Under the pieces are notes generated by a model. It was not told the DNA's origin and did no database searches. It saw nothing but the letters and a program-made list of their open reading frames with translations. Shown here one piece after another: positions 15,252-32,254 of a stretch of 64,000 nucleotides of DNA (its first letter is position 1; every line of letters starts with the position of its first letter). Position numbers and translations under genes: made by a program. Source of the stretch: Eledone cirrhosa (taxonomy: Eukaryota); the NCBI GenBank assembly GCA_964016885.1, contig OZ024740.1, positions 57,288,001-57,352,000 on the forward strand. Reading direction: 5' to 3'.

Positions 15252-17757
15252 ACTCTTTTACTCTTTTGCCTGTTTCAGCCATCCGTCTGAGGCCATGCTG
15301 GGGCACCGCCCTTGTTGCTACACATTTTATCTCCAGCCTGTATAGGTTGGCCACTGGTGTAGGAGGGATTTTGTTGCTGCTGCCCTTAGGTTTCCCTCGT
15401 GTCTTGCTGTGGGCTCATCCGGGATCCTAGATAACAAGGTGTCGAGATGTTTCTTAAAGACATCCACCTCCACGTCCATGCAAGTCTCGCAGATGCCTCG
15501 GCAGCCTGTTGAAGAGTGAGGGCCCTTGAATCCCAGGCTATTGCAATACCTGCTCCTTATTCTAGATGTGGAAGACGGGACCTTTGGCACCACACAGTGA
15601 CGTCCTGTTCGACGGTTGGTCCAGCTCCCAATGCCAAAGTTTGGTGCTAGTCCCTCCAGGATTTTCCACATGTAGATCACTGCGTATCTCTCCCGTCTTC
15701 GCTCCAAGGAGTAGAGGTTCAGTTCCTTCAGCCTCTCCCAGTAGCTTGTCTCCCTCATCTTGGCAATCCTCTTGGTGTAGCTTCGCTGGATTGCCTCAAG
15801 CTCTGTGGTTAGTTTGACACTATGGGGTGACCACAGCTGGGAGCAGTAGTCCAGGCGGCTTAGGACAAAAGTCCTCCACAGTGTCAACATGGTGTCTCGA
15901 TCTCTTGTAAGGAAAGTCCTCAAGATCCAGCCAGCGAATCGTCTACATGCTGTCGCCACCTTCATGATGTGTGAAGAAAAAGATGCATCATCGCTCATGT
16001 CTATGCCCAGGTCTCGTATCGATTTTGACACGGGGATATCGGTCCCTCCTGGTCCTGTGTAGCTGTGTTCCGCTATATTTGTGTTTGTGTTTGCAGGTTT
16101 GTATTGTAGGGCTTGGAATTTGCCAGCATTAAACTGCATGTTGTTTTCTTCCGCCCATCTGTATATGGCATCCAGATCCTGCTGTAAGAGGGCAGCGTCA
16201 GCCGGGTTTTTGATTGCCTGTGCTACCTTAGTGTCATCAGCATAGCTAGTGAGGGATGTTGTTGCATGCACCACAGAGGGCATGTCCGAGAGAGCCACCA
16301 AAAACAGTAGTAGTCCCAGGACTGTCCCCTGAGGCACCCCACTTGTTATCGGTGTTTCCCTCGAGAGGGCCCCATTTGCTGCGACTGCCTGGCTTCTGTC
16401 CCTCAGGAAGCCACTCACCTACTTTTCCAGTTATGCCGAGTCCGTGTAGTTTGTGACATATCATTCCGTGGTCGACCTTGTCAAAGGCCTTCGCAAAGTC
16501 AAGATATATCACGTCTACATGTGAGCTGTCTAGTAGCTGTCTCAGTACCCAGTCGTAGTGATGTAGCAGCTGTGTAAGGCAGCTTCTTTCTGGGCGGAAG
16601 CCATGTTGCGTGCTAGTCAGGCGGTCATTTTCTTCGAGGAAAGTGATTAGTTTCTTTCTGACGACTCGCTCCATGACCTTACTGATATGCGACGTCAGGG
16701 AGACTGGCCTATAGTTCTTGGCCTCCGCTCTACTACCTCCTTTATGGATAGGGCATATTGTGCCTTCTTTCAGCTCCCTGGGTAGTACACCGCTAGCCAA
16801 GGAGCTTCTGAAGAGCATCTTCAGTGGAGTTGCTAAGGCCCGCTTACATATTTTTAGGAGAACTGCTGGGAATCCATCAGGTCCAGCAGCCGAGTCTGTT
16901 CTAATTTCATCAATGGCGTACACCACATCCTCCTCCGTTATGTCTATGTGGTTGATGGTTGCCATTTCTTGATGTAGTGTTGTGGCATCAAAGAACTCCT
17001 CTGGCTTCGTTATTTGCATGTGCCTCAGTGGACATGTGAAGACACTTTTGTACTGTTCGTTCAGTATTTCACATATCTCTTGGGATTTTCGGTTAATGAA
17101 CCGTCCGTGTGGAAGAGTGGTCCAATCTTGCAGTGTACTGAGGCAGTTTCTTTTACAAATTTAAAGAAGGCCTTAGGGTTTGTTTTAATGTTTTCTATGG
17201 CCCTGTTCTCTTTCCTTGCCCTCTCATTCTCATGTGAAAGCTTGAGTGCAATCTCGGTGTCAAGTAGTGCACGTTTCAAATAGGATTCCTTCTTGTTTTG
17301 GTTTTGTTGACTATTCAACTGGTTTGAAAGTTTAGTTCTACGTCTCATAAGGATTTTCCTATCTCTGGGAATAAGATTTTTGTGTCTGTTTGCCTCTTTC
17401 TCCGGGACACACTTTTTGCATATGGTGTGTATCGTTGTCATGAAGTGTTGAAATTGTGTGTTAGTGTCTTGTGTGGCGATGTTTGCACTCCATGTTTGCT
17501 TCCGGATTTCACTCTTAATCTTCTTCCAGTCAGCCCCGTAGAAGTTAAGGCTGGATAGCGTCCCGGAGCTTCTTGGTGGTTTTGACTCTGTTGGTTCTCT
17601 TGGACCACATATCATTAGCTCTACCAAGTTATGATCCGAGAGAATTGTTGGTGTGACCTTTACATTGTGGATGAGCACTTTGTTGTTTGTAAAACAGAGG
17701 TCCAGGACATTTTCGCCTCTTGTTGGGAGGAGTATTGCTTGCTCCATGAACAGCCTA
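15252..17757 (-). mobile_element. 5'-truncated CR1-group LINE (end of APE domain + RT), frameshifted
   Basis: ORFs 17061-17747 (PTRGENVLDL, SDH), 16246-17019 (GPDG, NYRPVSLT, QHGFR, YLDFAKAFDKV), 15327-16418 (PQG, YADD). Confidence 0.9.
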
Positions 17758-19668
<1,911 letters not shown>

Positions 19669-19886
19669 TAAGTTAAAAATGTACATCCACATATGTATAC
19701 TGAAATACTAGTATTCATATGATTACACACACGTATACATATGTAGATGTACCGAGTTTTTCACTGGTCACTTTACTGTGAGTGTCCAGCTATTCTGTAT
19801 GTAAACACACAGACAAACCGGTTTTTAGAGTCATACTGGTTTTTGAGGAAACACCTTTCCTCTATTCTCCAGAAAGCCAGACAAGG

Positions 19887-19930
19887 AATATGAACTAGTT
19901 TCGATGTTGTTACATCTCATCAGCAATATT
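19887..19930 (-). ncRNA. Minimal type I hammerhead ribozyme, family C (1-nt deletion in stem I)
   Basis: aatattg-CTGATGA-gatgt(aaca)acatc-GAAA-ctag-TT-catatt. Confidence 0.8.
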
Positions 19931-20351
19931 TACCTATCTTCCGGCCTCTCTAGAGAATCGTAAAAGCACATATTGTTATATGCTTTTTCTATGAAAATTA
20001 GTAGTGGGCAGACTAATTTGCATAGAGCGTGAGTACGTACCGGTTCAACGGAGACGATAAAAACAAATAACGAAACGAAATTAAATTTCGTTTCGTTTGT
20101 AACTCACTTTTGTATGACTGACGCTTAAACAATTAAGTTAAAAATGTACATCCACATATGTATACTGAAATACTAGTATGCATATGATTACACACACGTA
20201 TACATATGTAGATGTACCGAGTTTTTCACTGGTCACTTTACTGTGAGTGTCCAGCTATTCTGTATGTAAACACACAGACAAACCGGTTTTTAGAGTCATA
20301 CTGGTTTTTGAGGAAACACCTTTCCTCTATTCTCCAGAAAGCCAGACAAGG

Positions 20352-20396
20352 AATATTGAACTAGTTTCGATGTTGTTACATCTCATCAGCAATATT
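20352..20396 (-). ncRNA. Minimal type I hammerhead ribozyme, family C
   Basis: aatattg-CTGATGA-gatgt(aaca)acatc-GAAA-CTAG-TT-caatatt; 7-bp stem I, palindromic stem III, GUU site. Confidence 0.9.
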
Positions 20397-20922
20397 TACC
20401 TATCTTCCGGGCTCTCTAGAGAATCGTAAAAGAACATATCGTTATATGCTTTTTCTATGAAAATTAGTAGTGGGCAGACTAATTTGCATAGAGCGTGAGT
20501 ACGTACCGGTTCAACGGAGACGATAAAAACAAATAACGAAACGAAATTAAATTTCGTTTCGTTTGTAACTCACTTTTGTATGACTGACGCTTAAACAATT
20601 AAGCGTCAGTCGAAACTAGTTCAATATTCCTTGTCTGGCTTTCTGGAAAATAGAGGAATGGTGTTTCCTCAAAAACCAGTATGACTCTAAAAACCGGTTT
20701 GTCTGTGTGTTTACATACAGAATAGCTGGACACTCACAGTAAAGTGACCAGTGAAAAACTCGGTACATCTACATATGTATACGTGTGTGTAATCATATGC
20801 ATACTAGTATTTCAGTATACATATGTGGATGTACATTTTTAACTTAATTGTTTATGCGTCAGTCATAAAAAAGTGAGTTACAAACGAAACGAAATTTAAT
20901 TTCGTTTCGTTATTTGTTTTTT

Positions 20923-24460
<3,538 letters not shown>

Positions 24461-25309
24461 ATAATGAAGTGACAGGAGGCTGGATTTGTGTAAATCCTTG
24501 AAAGGTTTATTATACTATGATCATTTCAATGACCGGGTTCCGTATGAATCCGGTGATATCATCAGGTATTCGAAATATAATACGTGAATGTAATAGATAA
24601 AATCCATGGGGCTGAAAATCGAGGACCCGAGGGCGACTGCTATTCTGTTCCTTCAATCTCAGCCGGTCGCCCTGGAGTGACGTGGCTAAAGTTTATAGTA
24701 TGCTACTACCGGTCAGATAAACGAAAACAGAAAGGGATGGGAACCTAAGTTAACGTCGATCTCATGACACAAGGTAAAAGAAAGAAAGAAAGAAAGGAAG
24801 GAGAGAGAAGAAGGGTGAAGAAAGAAGAAGAGAAGCCAGGGTTAATGTCAGCTAAAAGAAGAAAGGCAACTACTACCGGTCAGATATAGGCACGCAAGAG
24901 GGGGAAGGAAGATAAGTCTGCGGGAGGAAGACAGGAAGAGGGGAGAAGAGAAGGAAGAGAAGAGAGAAGTATAAAAGTAAGGGTTGATGGCTACAAGAAG
25001 GAAGATAGAAAGAAAGAGGAAGAAAGGTCGATATTAATGTCAGACCACAGTCAAGCCAGGAGTGGCGCGAGAAAATTTTCACAGGGACCCGCATCTTAGC
25101 AGAGGTGAATATATTGGGAGTCAGTGTGTTACAGTGTTTAGACTTCTAGGATGAAGTTAAAAAAATTAATAATCAATATTCAATATTAAAGAGGTTAGAA
25201 AATTTAAAGTTCAACAGTTTAACATTTTATTATATAATAGTTCCGATTTGTTCTGTAATTTAAAGGTACTATGTGGCGGTTAAAACACAGGCCGCGCCCC
25301 GGACCCCAT
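24461..25309 (-). mobile_element. PLE pseudo-LTR/3' UTR (family D)
   Basis: 24461-24669 matches the reverse complement of 58696-58905; contains a hammerhead; right boundary approximate. Confidence 0.65.
24512..24569 (-). ncRNA. Type I hammerhead ribozyme, family D
   Basis: Reverse complement of 58796-58853. Confidence 0.8.
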
Positions 25310-27671
25310 AGTTAATATGGGGGCTTATTTTACAGGTTATACATTTCTTATCTATACATGAGGGTCTTTGGAACGGGTATGTCTTGCTAATAAGTGTTTT
25401 TACGGAGGTACCAGGTCTTTCTACTATCTTAATATTGAGATTATGTTTCTTTAGGGCCCTTCTAAATTTGTAGGCTAGTTCGCCTCTAGGGGTTGTATTG
25501 ATGAACATTACACTCTGGTATTTATTGCTATCATACCATGAGTTTATTCTATTGGCCTTGTTCTTAGTTCTTTCTATTCTATTCCAAAATTTGCTCCTAT
25601 ACAAGGGGCAGGTCCCATTTATGTCATTATTTACCATTTTTTCCATTTGGTTCTGGCTCCTTTATACACTCTGATTCTATCTCTCTGATTGCAGCCAGAG
25701 AACTGCATACGGTGGATGAAGTGTTGTATGTGTCTCTCTAGTTCTTCGGGGTTGCACATGCGGGACACATTTCTCATCACCCGTATCAAATCCGCAATCA
25801 GTATGTTGATTTTGGTATGGTCCGAAATGGCCGAGTTTCGGTGGATCAGATGTTTGGAAGTCATGGGTTTGGCATAATGGGAATGGAGGATTTGTTTTTG
25901 GTTGTTAATAGTATCTAACCAGAGCTCTGTGTCTAGTACAGGTAATCGATGGTTGGGGTGTCTACTTGGGTAGTCTATAGTAACTCTAATGCTCTGGTGG
26001 ATGGAGTTTGCTATTTGCTGGATGCTTTCCATTGTGTTTTTCTCTGGTTCCTGACTGTTCTTTAGTGGGGGTGTCTTAACTACGATGTTTATATCATCTA
26101 CGTAGCGGGAGTACATTATCAGGGTTAAGCTGTCTTCTAATTGTTCTTTAAGTTTTTGTTTAAGTCTACTGTCCCACCATACCATGAACAAGTTAGCTAT
26201 GTCGCCTGCAATGCTAACACCAATGGCTGCTCCTTCCTCTTGGGCATATGTTTTACCATTAAATTTGAACATATGTTCCTTAAGGGTTAATTTTATGCTG
26301 GCCTCTACCGCATGTGCAATCATTTTCTTCAGTTCATCGTGGTTTTCGGGTGTCCGTATGGCTCTGGTCCACCCGTTCCATCTATCTGTGTGGGTTTTCT
26401 TGGCCATTGAGGTAATGGTAGGTGGTCTGCCTCTTGCTGGTCTTGTAGGGCACAGGTTGCTAAGGTCATAAGTGTCTAGGTAACTATTACTATGGGTAAG
26501 CTTAAGTAGAAGTCCCAGCTCACTGGTATCAATCCCACGGAACTCAACCTTGCTCTCGCTGATCATTTCGACGCATTTCTCCACAGCAAAATCCACGTCA
26601 ATAGATGGATACAGGGACACAACATCCATACTGCCTATTATGCAGTTTGTTAGGTCCCCAGATCGGTTACCCGCGCCGATTCTGCTGAGGAGGTCCTCCG
26701 TGCTGTCACACACATCTGGGGACATCTCAATGATGGGGCGTATGATCAGGGAGAGGAAGTAGGACAGTCTGTAGTTACTAGCAATGTTAGCCCCACAGAC
26801 TGGCCGTGTTGGTGGTCCCGCGACAGGGTCCCAGCCCGTTTTATGGTCTTTTCGAAGGCCCATACAACGCCGGCACGTCATTGTTCCAGGCCTGGAAGTT
26901 GTTGGCAGTCCTTTTGTTGGGCTGCATTATATTTGTCCACATCACCATATGGGCATTGAGGGTTTTTTCTCTATCCTCATGCTCCTGTGGTGTTACCTCT
27001 CTTGTGTTAGTGATGTGGGGTTGCATTGCCTGGATGTAGTTTGGCAGGCTGTCAACCGACATTCTGCCAGACTTGTCTGTTGGAAAGCATGCTATCTCTC
27101 CATTACGCGAGCGCTGCATGAGCTTACGCAAGCCATTTGCAGATTCTTCTCCCAGTTGCTGGGCCTCTATTCTATTATGCTTCTTGCTATACTGTTCTAT
27201 AATATTTCTAAGTTCGGATTTAGCTATACTAAATTGTGCTTCTGTTTGTTCATCGACCTGCGACGGCAACTGCGTGCGTTTGTTAAATGGCAAAGTCGTG
27301 GCGTGGACTCGTCGTAGGTCGAATGATTTATCGGAGGGGTTATAAAACGGAGAGTTCCAGGCTGCTGCTTTATGTGTACTAGTGCTATTGTTAGTTGTGT
27401 TGTTTCTATTTCCACCAACAGCAGCAGCCTCAGCTTCATGGTTGTTTCTATGTCTCTCATAATTACTCCTGTCTCTTTCCACTGGCTCAATGTTGTTATC
27501 TACCCTATTTTGTGTGTCTGTGTGTTCGTCTTGGTTATTCTCTTTGTCCTTAGTCTCCCTACTCCTTTTAATCCTATTACTTTCTCTTATTTCTCTGATT
27601 TCTGTGCTACTGTCATTACTTGTTTTCTGTGTCTGTGTGTTTGTTAAGATTGTAGTGGTGGTGAGAGGCAT
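25310..27671 (-). pseudogene. Frameshifted Penelope-like RT (non-Hydra clade, possibly Nematis-like), 3' end truncated
   Basis: PTDKSG, LYGLRKDHK, PTRPVCGA, GSMDVVSLYPSID, QEEGAAIG, YSRYVDDI, LPVLDTELW across ORFs 26841-27671, 25631-26881 and 25269-25646. Confidence 0.88.
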
Positions 27672-27870
27672 TGAATGTGTGTGTGTTGTTGTTGTTGATG
27701 TGTGTTGTTGTTGATGTGTGTTGTTGTCTCCGTGTGTGTGTGTGTTATCGTTGTTGTGTGTGTTGTTATTGTTGTTTGTGTTTGCGTGTCTGTTGTTGTT
27801 GTATCTGGGTATGTTGCTGTTGTTGTTGTTGTTGATGTGTGTGTTGTTGTTATTGTTGTCTCCGTTCTCT

Positions 27871-28603
27871 GCAGTTCTCTGGCTACAATCAGAGAGATAG
27901 AATCAGAGTGTATAAAGGAGCCAGAACCAAATGGGAAAAAATGGTAAATAATGACATAAATGGGACCTGCCCCTTGTATAGGAGCAAATTTTGGAATAGA
28001 ATAGAAAGAACTAAGAACAAGGCCAATAGAATAAACTCATGGTATGATAGCAATAAATACCAGAGTGTAATGTTCATCAATACAACCCCTAGAGGCGAAC
28101 TAGCCTACAAATTTAGAAGGGCCCTAAAGAAACATAATCTCAATATTAAGATAGTAGAAAGACCTGGTACCTCCGTAAAAACACTTATTAGCAAGACATA
28201 CCCGTTCCAAAGACCCTCATGTATAGATAAGAAATGTATAACCTGTAAAATAAGCCCCCATATTAACTGTAAAACTAGAAATGTAGTATATAGCATAAGA
28301 TGTACTGAAGGACAATGTAGAAACAAAAATATAGTGTACATAGGTGAGACAGCTCGTAGTATAGGGGAACGAATAAATGAACACTGGCGAGACCTCCAAG
28401 ATAGTAAAGAATCATCTGTGCTCTACCAACATGCTAAGATAGAACACAGGGGTAAATTAGAGAGCATAGAAATAAAAATAGAATCCACACACAAGAAAGA
28501 CGCAATGTTTAGGCAAATTACAGAGGCAGTAAGCATAAAAGAATTAAAACCAAAATTAAATAGAAAATATGAGTGGAACAGCAACATCACAACTTACAAT
28601 TAA
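27871..28603 (+). CDS. PLE GIY-YIG endonuclease segment (no start of its own)
   Basis: C..CITC..CKTRNVVYSIRC..C..VYIGETARSIGERINEH..LYQH..EH..RQITEAVSI..LNRKYEW. Confidence 0.85.
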
Positions 28604-28900
28604 GGACAAAATGAAAACACACACACACATAGAACAAACAACTTACAATTGAAAACACACACAAAATGAAAACACACACAAGACAAAATGAAAACACACA
28701 CACACATAGAACAAACAACCAACCAACAATAAATAAATAAATAAACAAACAAATATAAATAGAAAAATAGAAAAATGAACACAAACACACACAGACACCC
28801 GGATGTGGCGCATGCGCAAACTGAGCACGCAACCCACACACAAACAAAATGGCGTAGGATAGAAGAAAGGAAAGGCACAGAAACGAAGAAAGAAATCCCC

Positions 28901-28945
28901 AGTCACTGAAGAGGTCACAGAGTGTGTGACGAAAGAACTATGACT
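28901..28945 (+). ncRNA. Minimal type I hammerhead ribozyme, family E (extra G after A9)
   Basis: agtca-CTGAAGA-g-gtcaca(gagtg)tgtgac-GAAA-gaac-TA-tgact. Confidence 0.78.
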
Positions 28946-29173
28946 ATATATATATAAACAACTATCTGGTTGTGGAACCAACCAACCAACCAGAAATTTA
29001 TAAATTTGTAAATTTATAAATATATATTAAATTAAATTGAAGTGAAAGCAACTGGTGCGTGTGTTTCTTATTGGCAACATGACCCTCCCAAAGTATAACA
29101 ATATCGGTTTCAACACACGATTTCAGATAAAGAATCTTGCTAAACAAATTCAGAAACGAAATATATATATATA

Positions 29174-29312
<139 letters not shown>

Positions 29313-29385
29313 ATATATTTATATATATTTATATATATATATTTATATATATATATATATATTTATATATTTATATATATTTATA

Positions 29386-29622
<237 letters not shown>

Positions 29623-29686
29623 AGAAAGAAAAAAAACGGAGAGAGAGAAGGAGAGAGAAAGAAGGAGAGAGAGAAAAAGAAAACCT

Positions 29687-29734
29687 GCGGTGCCCCAGCA
29701 TGGCCTCAGTCGATTGGCTGAAACAGGTAAAAGA

Positions 29735-29736
<2 letters not shown>
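29687..29736 (+). mobile_element. Isolated 3' tail of the CR1-group LINE or of a SINE sharing that tail
   Basis: gcggtgccccagcatggcctcag..ggctgaaacagg.aaaagag matches the reverse complement of 12860-12910. Confidence 0.7.
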
Positions 29737-29791
<55 letters not shown>

Positions 29792-29844
29792 CTATATTTT
29801 ATTTAGAGTTATAAACTCTTGAAGCAATATATATTTATATATAA

Positions 29845-29894
<50 letters not shown>

Positions 29895-29903
29895 ATTTAT
29901 ATA

Positions 29904-30020
<117 letters not shown>

Positions 30021-30076
30021 TTATATATATATATATTTATATATATATTTATATATATATATATTTATATATATAA

Positions 30077-32106
30077 AATGAGGAGAATGCATGGGAAGAA
30101 GAGACCCTACCCCACGTAGACCCTATAGAGGGACCAGCAGTACAAGTCAGCGGCAGCGTAGTAAGTAAGGCAATCAGAGATATGAAGATAGGGAAGGCAA
30201 CCGGTCCATCGGGTATAGCTGCCGAGATGCTGAAGGCATCTGGGTCTGTAGGTCACACTATAACCACACGTATCGTTAACCAGGTAATACTAGAGGGGGC
30301 CATACCAAAAGATTGGTGCAGTAGCATCATTGTCAACTGCTACAAAGGTAAAGGCGATGCACTAGATAGAGGAAACTATAGAGGTATAAAGTTGATGGAC
30401 CAGGTCATGAAAGTAACAGAAAGAGTTATAGCACAGCTGATTAGGGACCGGGTGAATATAGACGAGATGCAATTTGGGTTTGTTCCAGGGAAAGGCACCA
30501 CTGATGCGCTCTTCCTTGTGAGGCAATTACAGGAAAAGTACCTAGCTAAAAGTAAGCCACTCTACTTGGCATTTGTCGACCTTGAGAAAGCCTTTGACAG
30601 AGTTCCACGTGCAGTAATCTGGTGGGCTCTTAGAAAACTAGGAGTAGATGAATGGCTTGTGAAAGCGGTACAAGCCATGTATAGGGGAGCAGTCAGCAAA
30701 GTTAGGATTGGCAATGAGTATAGCGAGGAATTTAGCGTACAGGTTGGGGTCCACCAGGGCTCTGTTCTTAGCCCTCTCCTGTTCATCATAGTCCTGCAGG
30801 CAATAACGGAGGAGTTTAAGACCGGATGCCCATGGGAACTCCTGTATGCTGATGACCTCGCACTCATAGCTGAATCTATGGTAGAACTAGAGAATAAATT
30901 CCAAACCTGGAAGCAGGGACTAGAGAGAAAGGGCCTCAAAGTCAACATGACAAAGACTAAGGTCCTTATAAGTAGACGAGAAAACAGAACCCAGATCCCC
31001 TCAGGGAAATGGCCTTGCTCAGTATGTAGGAAAGGTGTAGGTAGGAACTCCATTCTTTGCCCCAAATGCAAACAATGGGTACACAAGAGATGTAGCGGGA
31101 TCTCAGGAAGCTTAATTAAGAATGTAGGATTCACATGCAGCAGCTGTGCTGAAACAGCAAGCAAACAGCCACAGGAAACAAGTACCACCAATCTCTGGGA
31201 GGGCCCTGTAGAAACAGTAGACAGCTTCTGCTACCTAGGTGACCGAATTAGCAACGGAGGTGGGTGCTCAGAAAGTACAATAACTAGGGTAAGAACGGGA
31301 TGGAAGAAGTTTAGGGAACTACTACCACTGCTAGCTGCAAAAGGCTTCTCCCTCAGAATGAAAGGCAGACTGTATGATGCGTGTATCCGAACAGCGATGT
31401 TGCATGGTAGTGAGACCTGGGCGCTGAAGGTGGAAGACTTGCGTAGATTAGAGAGAAACGAAGCCTGCATGCTCCGATGGATGTGTAACAGTAATATACG
31501 TGAACGACAAAGCATAAATGAATTGAGAGAGAGACTGAGCATAAGAGGAATCAAATGCTGCGTGCAGGAGAGGCGGTTACGCTGGTATGGACATGTGATG
31601 CGTATGAAGGATGACAGCTGCATAAAAAGGTGCAGAGCACTAGAAGTTGATGGAAACCGCGGAGTGGGGAGACCCAAGATGACTTGGGATGAGGTGATAA
31701 AAGCCGACCTTACCCAACTACACCTCTCAAAGTCAATGACACACGACCGTGACTTCTGGCGTCACGCAGTAATACAGGGTACCCGACCTCCCATGGGTAC
31801 ATGCTGAAGCATATAAACAATATGCCCCCCCCCCCCACCGCAAGGTGGCCGTGGAGGTGCCACGGCAAAAAAGCACCCAGCCCACACTGTAAAGTGGACG
31901 TGTAGGCGCCACGAAAAAGCACCCAGCACTCACTGTAAATGAGGTTGGTGTTAGGAAGGGCATCCAGCTGTAGAAATCAAGCCAGATCAGTTCCTGTATG
32001 AGCAAGGCATGGTCAGCCGACCAGACACTGCCCACAACAGGACAACCCGTCTAACCCATGCTAGCGTGGAAGAACGGACGTAAAACGGTGATGATGATGA
32101 TGATGA
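30077..32106 (+). mobile_element. 5'-truncated RTE-clade LINE with (GAT)n tail, inserted in (TA)n
   Basis: Uninterrupted RT ORF, 3' UTR ending ggacgtaaaacggtgatgatgatg, TA tracts on both sides. Confidence 0.9.
30182..31807 (+). CDS. RTE reverse transcriptase with an internal PHD-type zinc finger
   Basis: GKATGPSG, NYRGIKL, QFGF, FVDLEKAFDRV, GVHQGSVLSP, LLYADDL, FCYLG, GSETW, RRLRWYGHV. Confidence 0.92.
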   Translation: MKIGKATGPSGIAAEMLKASGSVGHTITTRIVNQVILEGAIPKDWCSSIIVNCYKGKGDALDRGNYRGIKLMDQVMKVTERVIAQLIRDRVNIDEMQFGFVPGKGTTDALFLVRQLQEKYLAKSKPLYLAFVDLEKAFDRVPRAVIWWALRKLGVDEWLVKAVQAMYRGAVSKVRIGNEYSEEFSVQVGVHQGSVLSPLLFIIVLQAITEEFKTGCPWELLYADDLALIAESMVELENKFQTWKQGLERKGLKVNMTKTKVLISRRENRTQIPSGKWPCSVCRKGVGRNSILCPKCKQWVHKRCSGISGSLIKNVGFTCSSCAETASKQPQETSTTNLWEGPVETVDSFCYLGDRISNGGGCSESTITRVRTGWKKFRELLPLLAAKGFSLRMKGRLYDACIRTAMLHGSETWALKVEDLRRLERNEACMLRWMCNSNIRERQSINELRERLSIRGIKCCVQERRLRWYGHVMRMKDDSCIKRCRALEVDGNRGVGRPKMTWDEVIKADLTQLHLSKSMTHDRDFWRHAVIQGTRPPMGTC

Positions 32107-32198
32107 TATATTTATATATATATTTATATATATATATATTTATATATATATTTATATATATATATATTTATATATATATTTATTTATATATATATTTG

Positions 32199-32250
<52 letters not shown>

Positions 32251-32254
32251 TATA

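Larger units (their letters stand above)
27870..29160 (+). mobile_element. Inverted 3' segment/pseudo-LTR of the same PLE: RT tail, GIY-YIG, 3' UTR with hammerhead and a short tail
   Basis: 27870-28268 is the inverted repeat of 25310-25707 and continues into a complete GIY-YIG. Confidence 0.85.
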
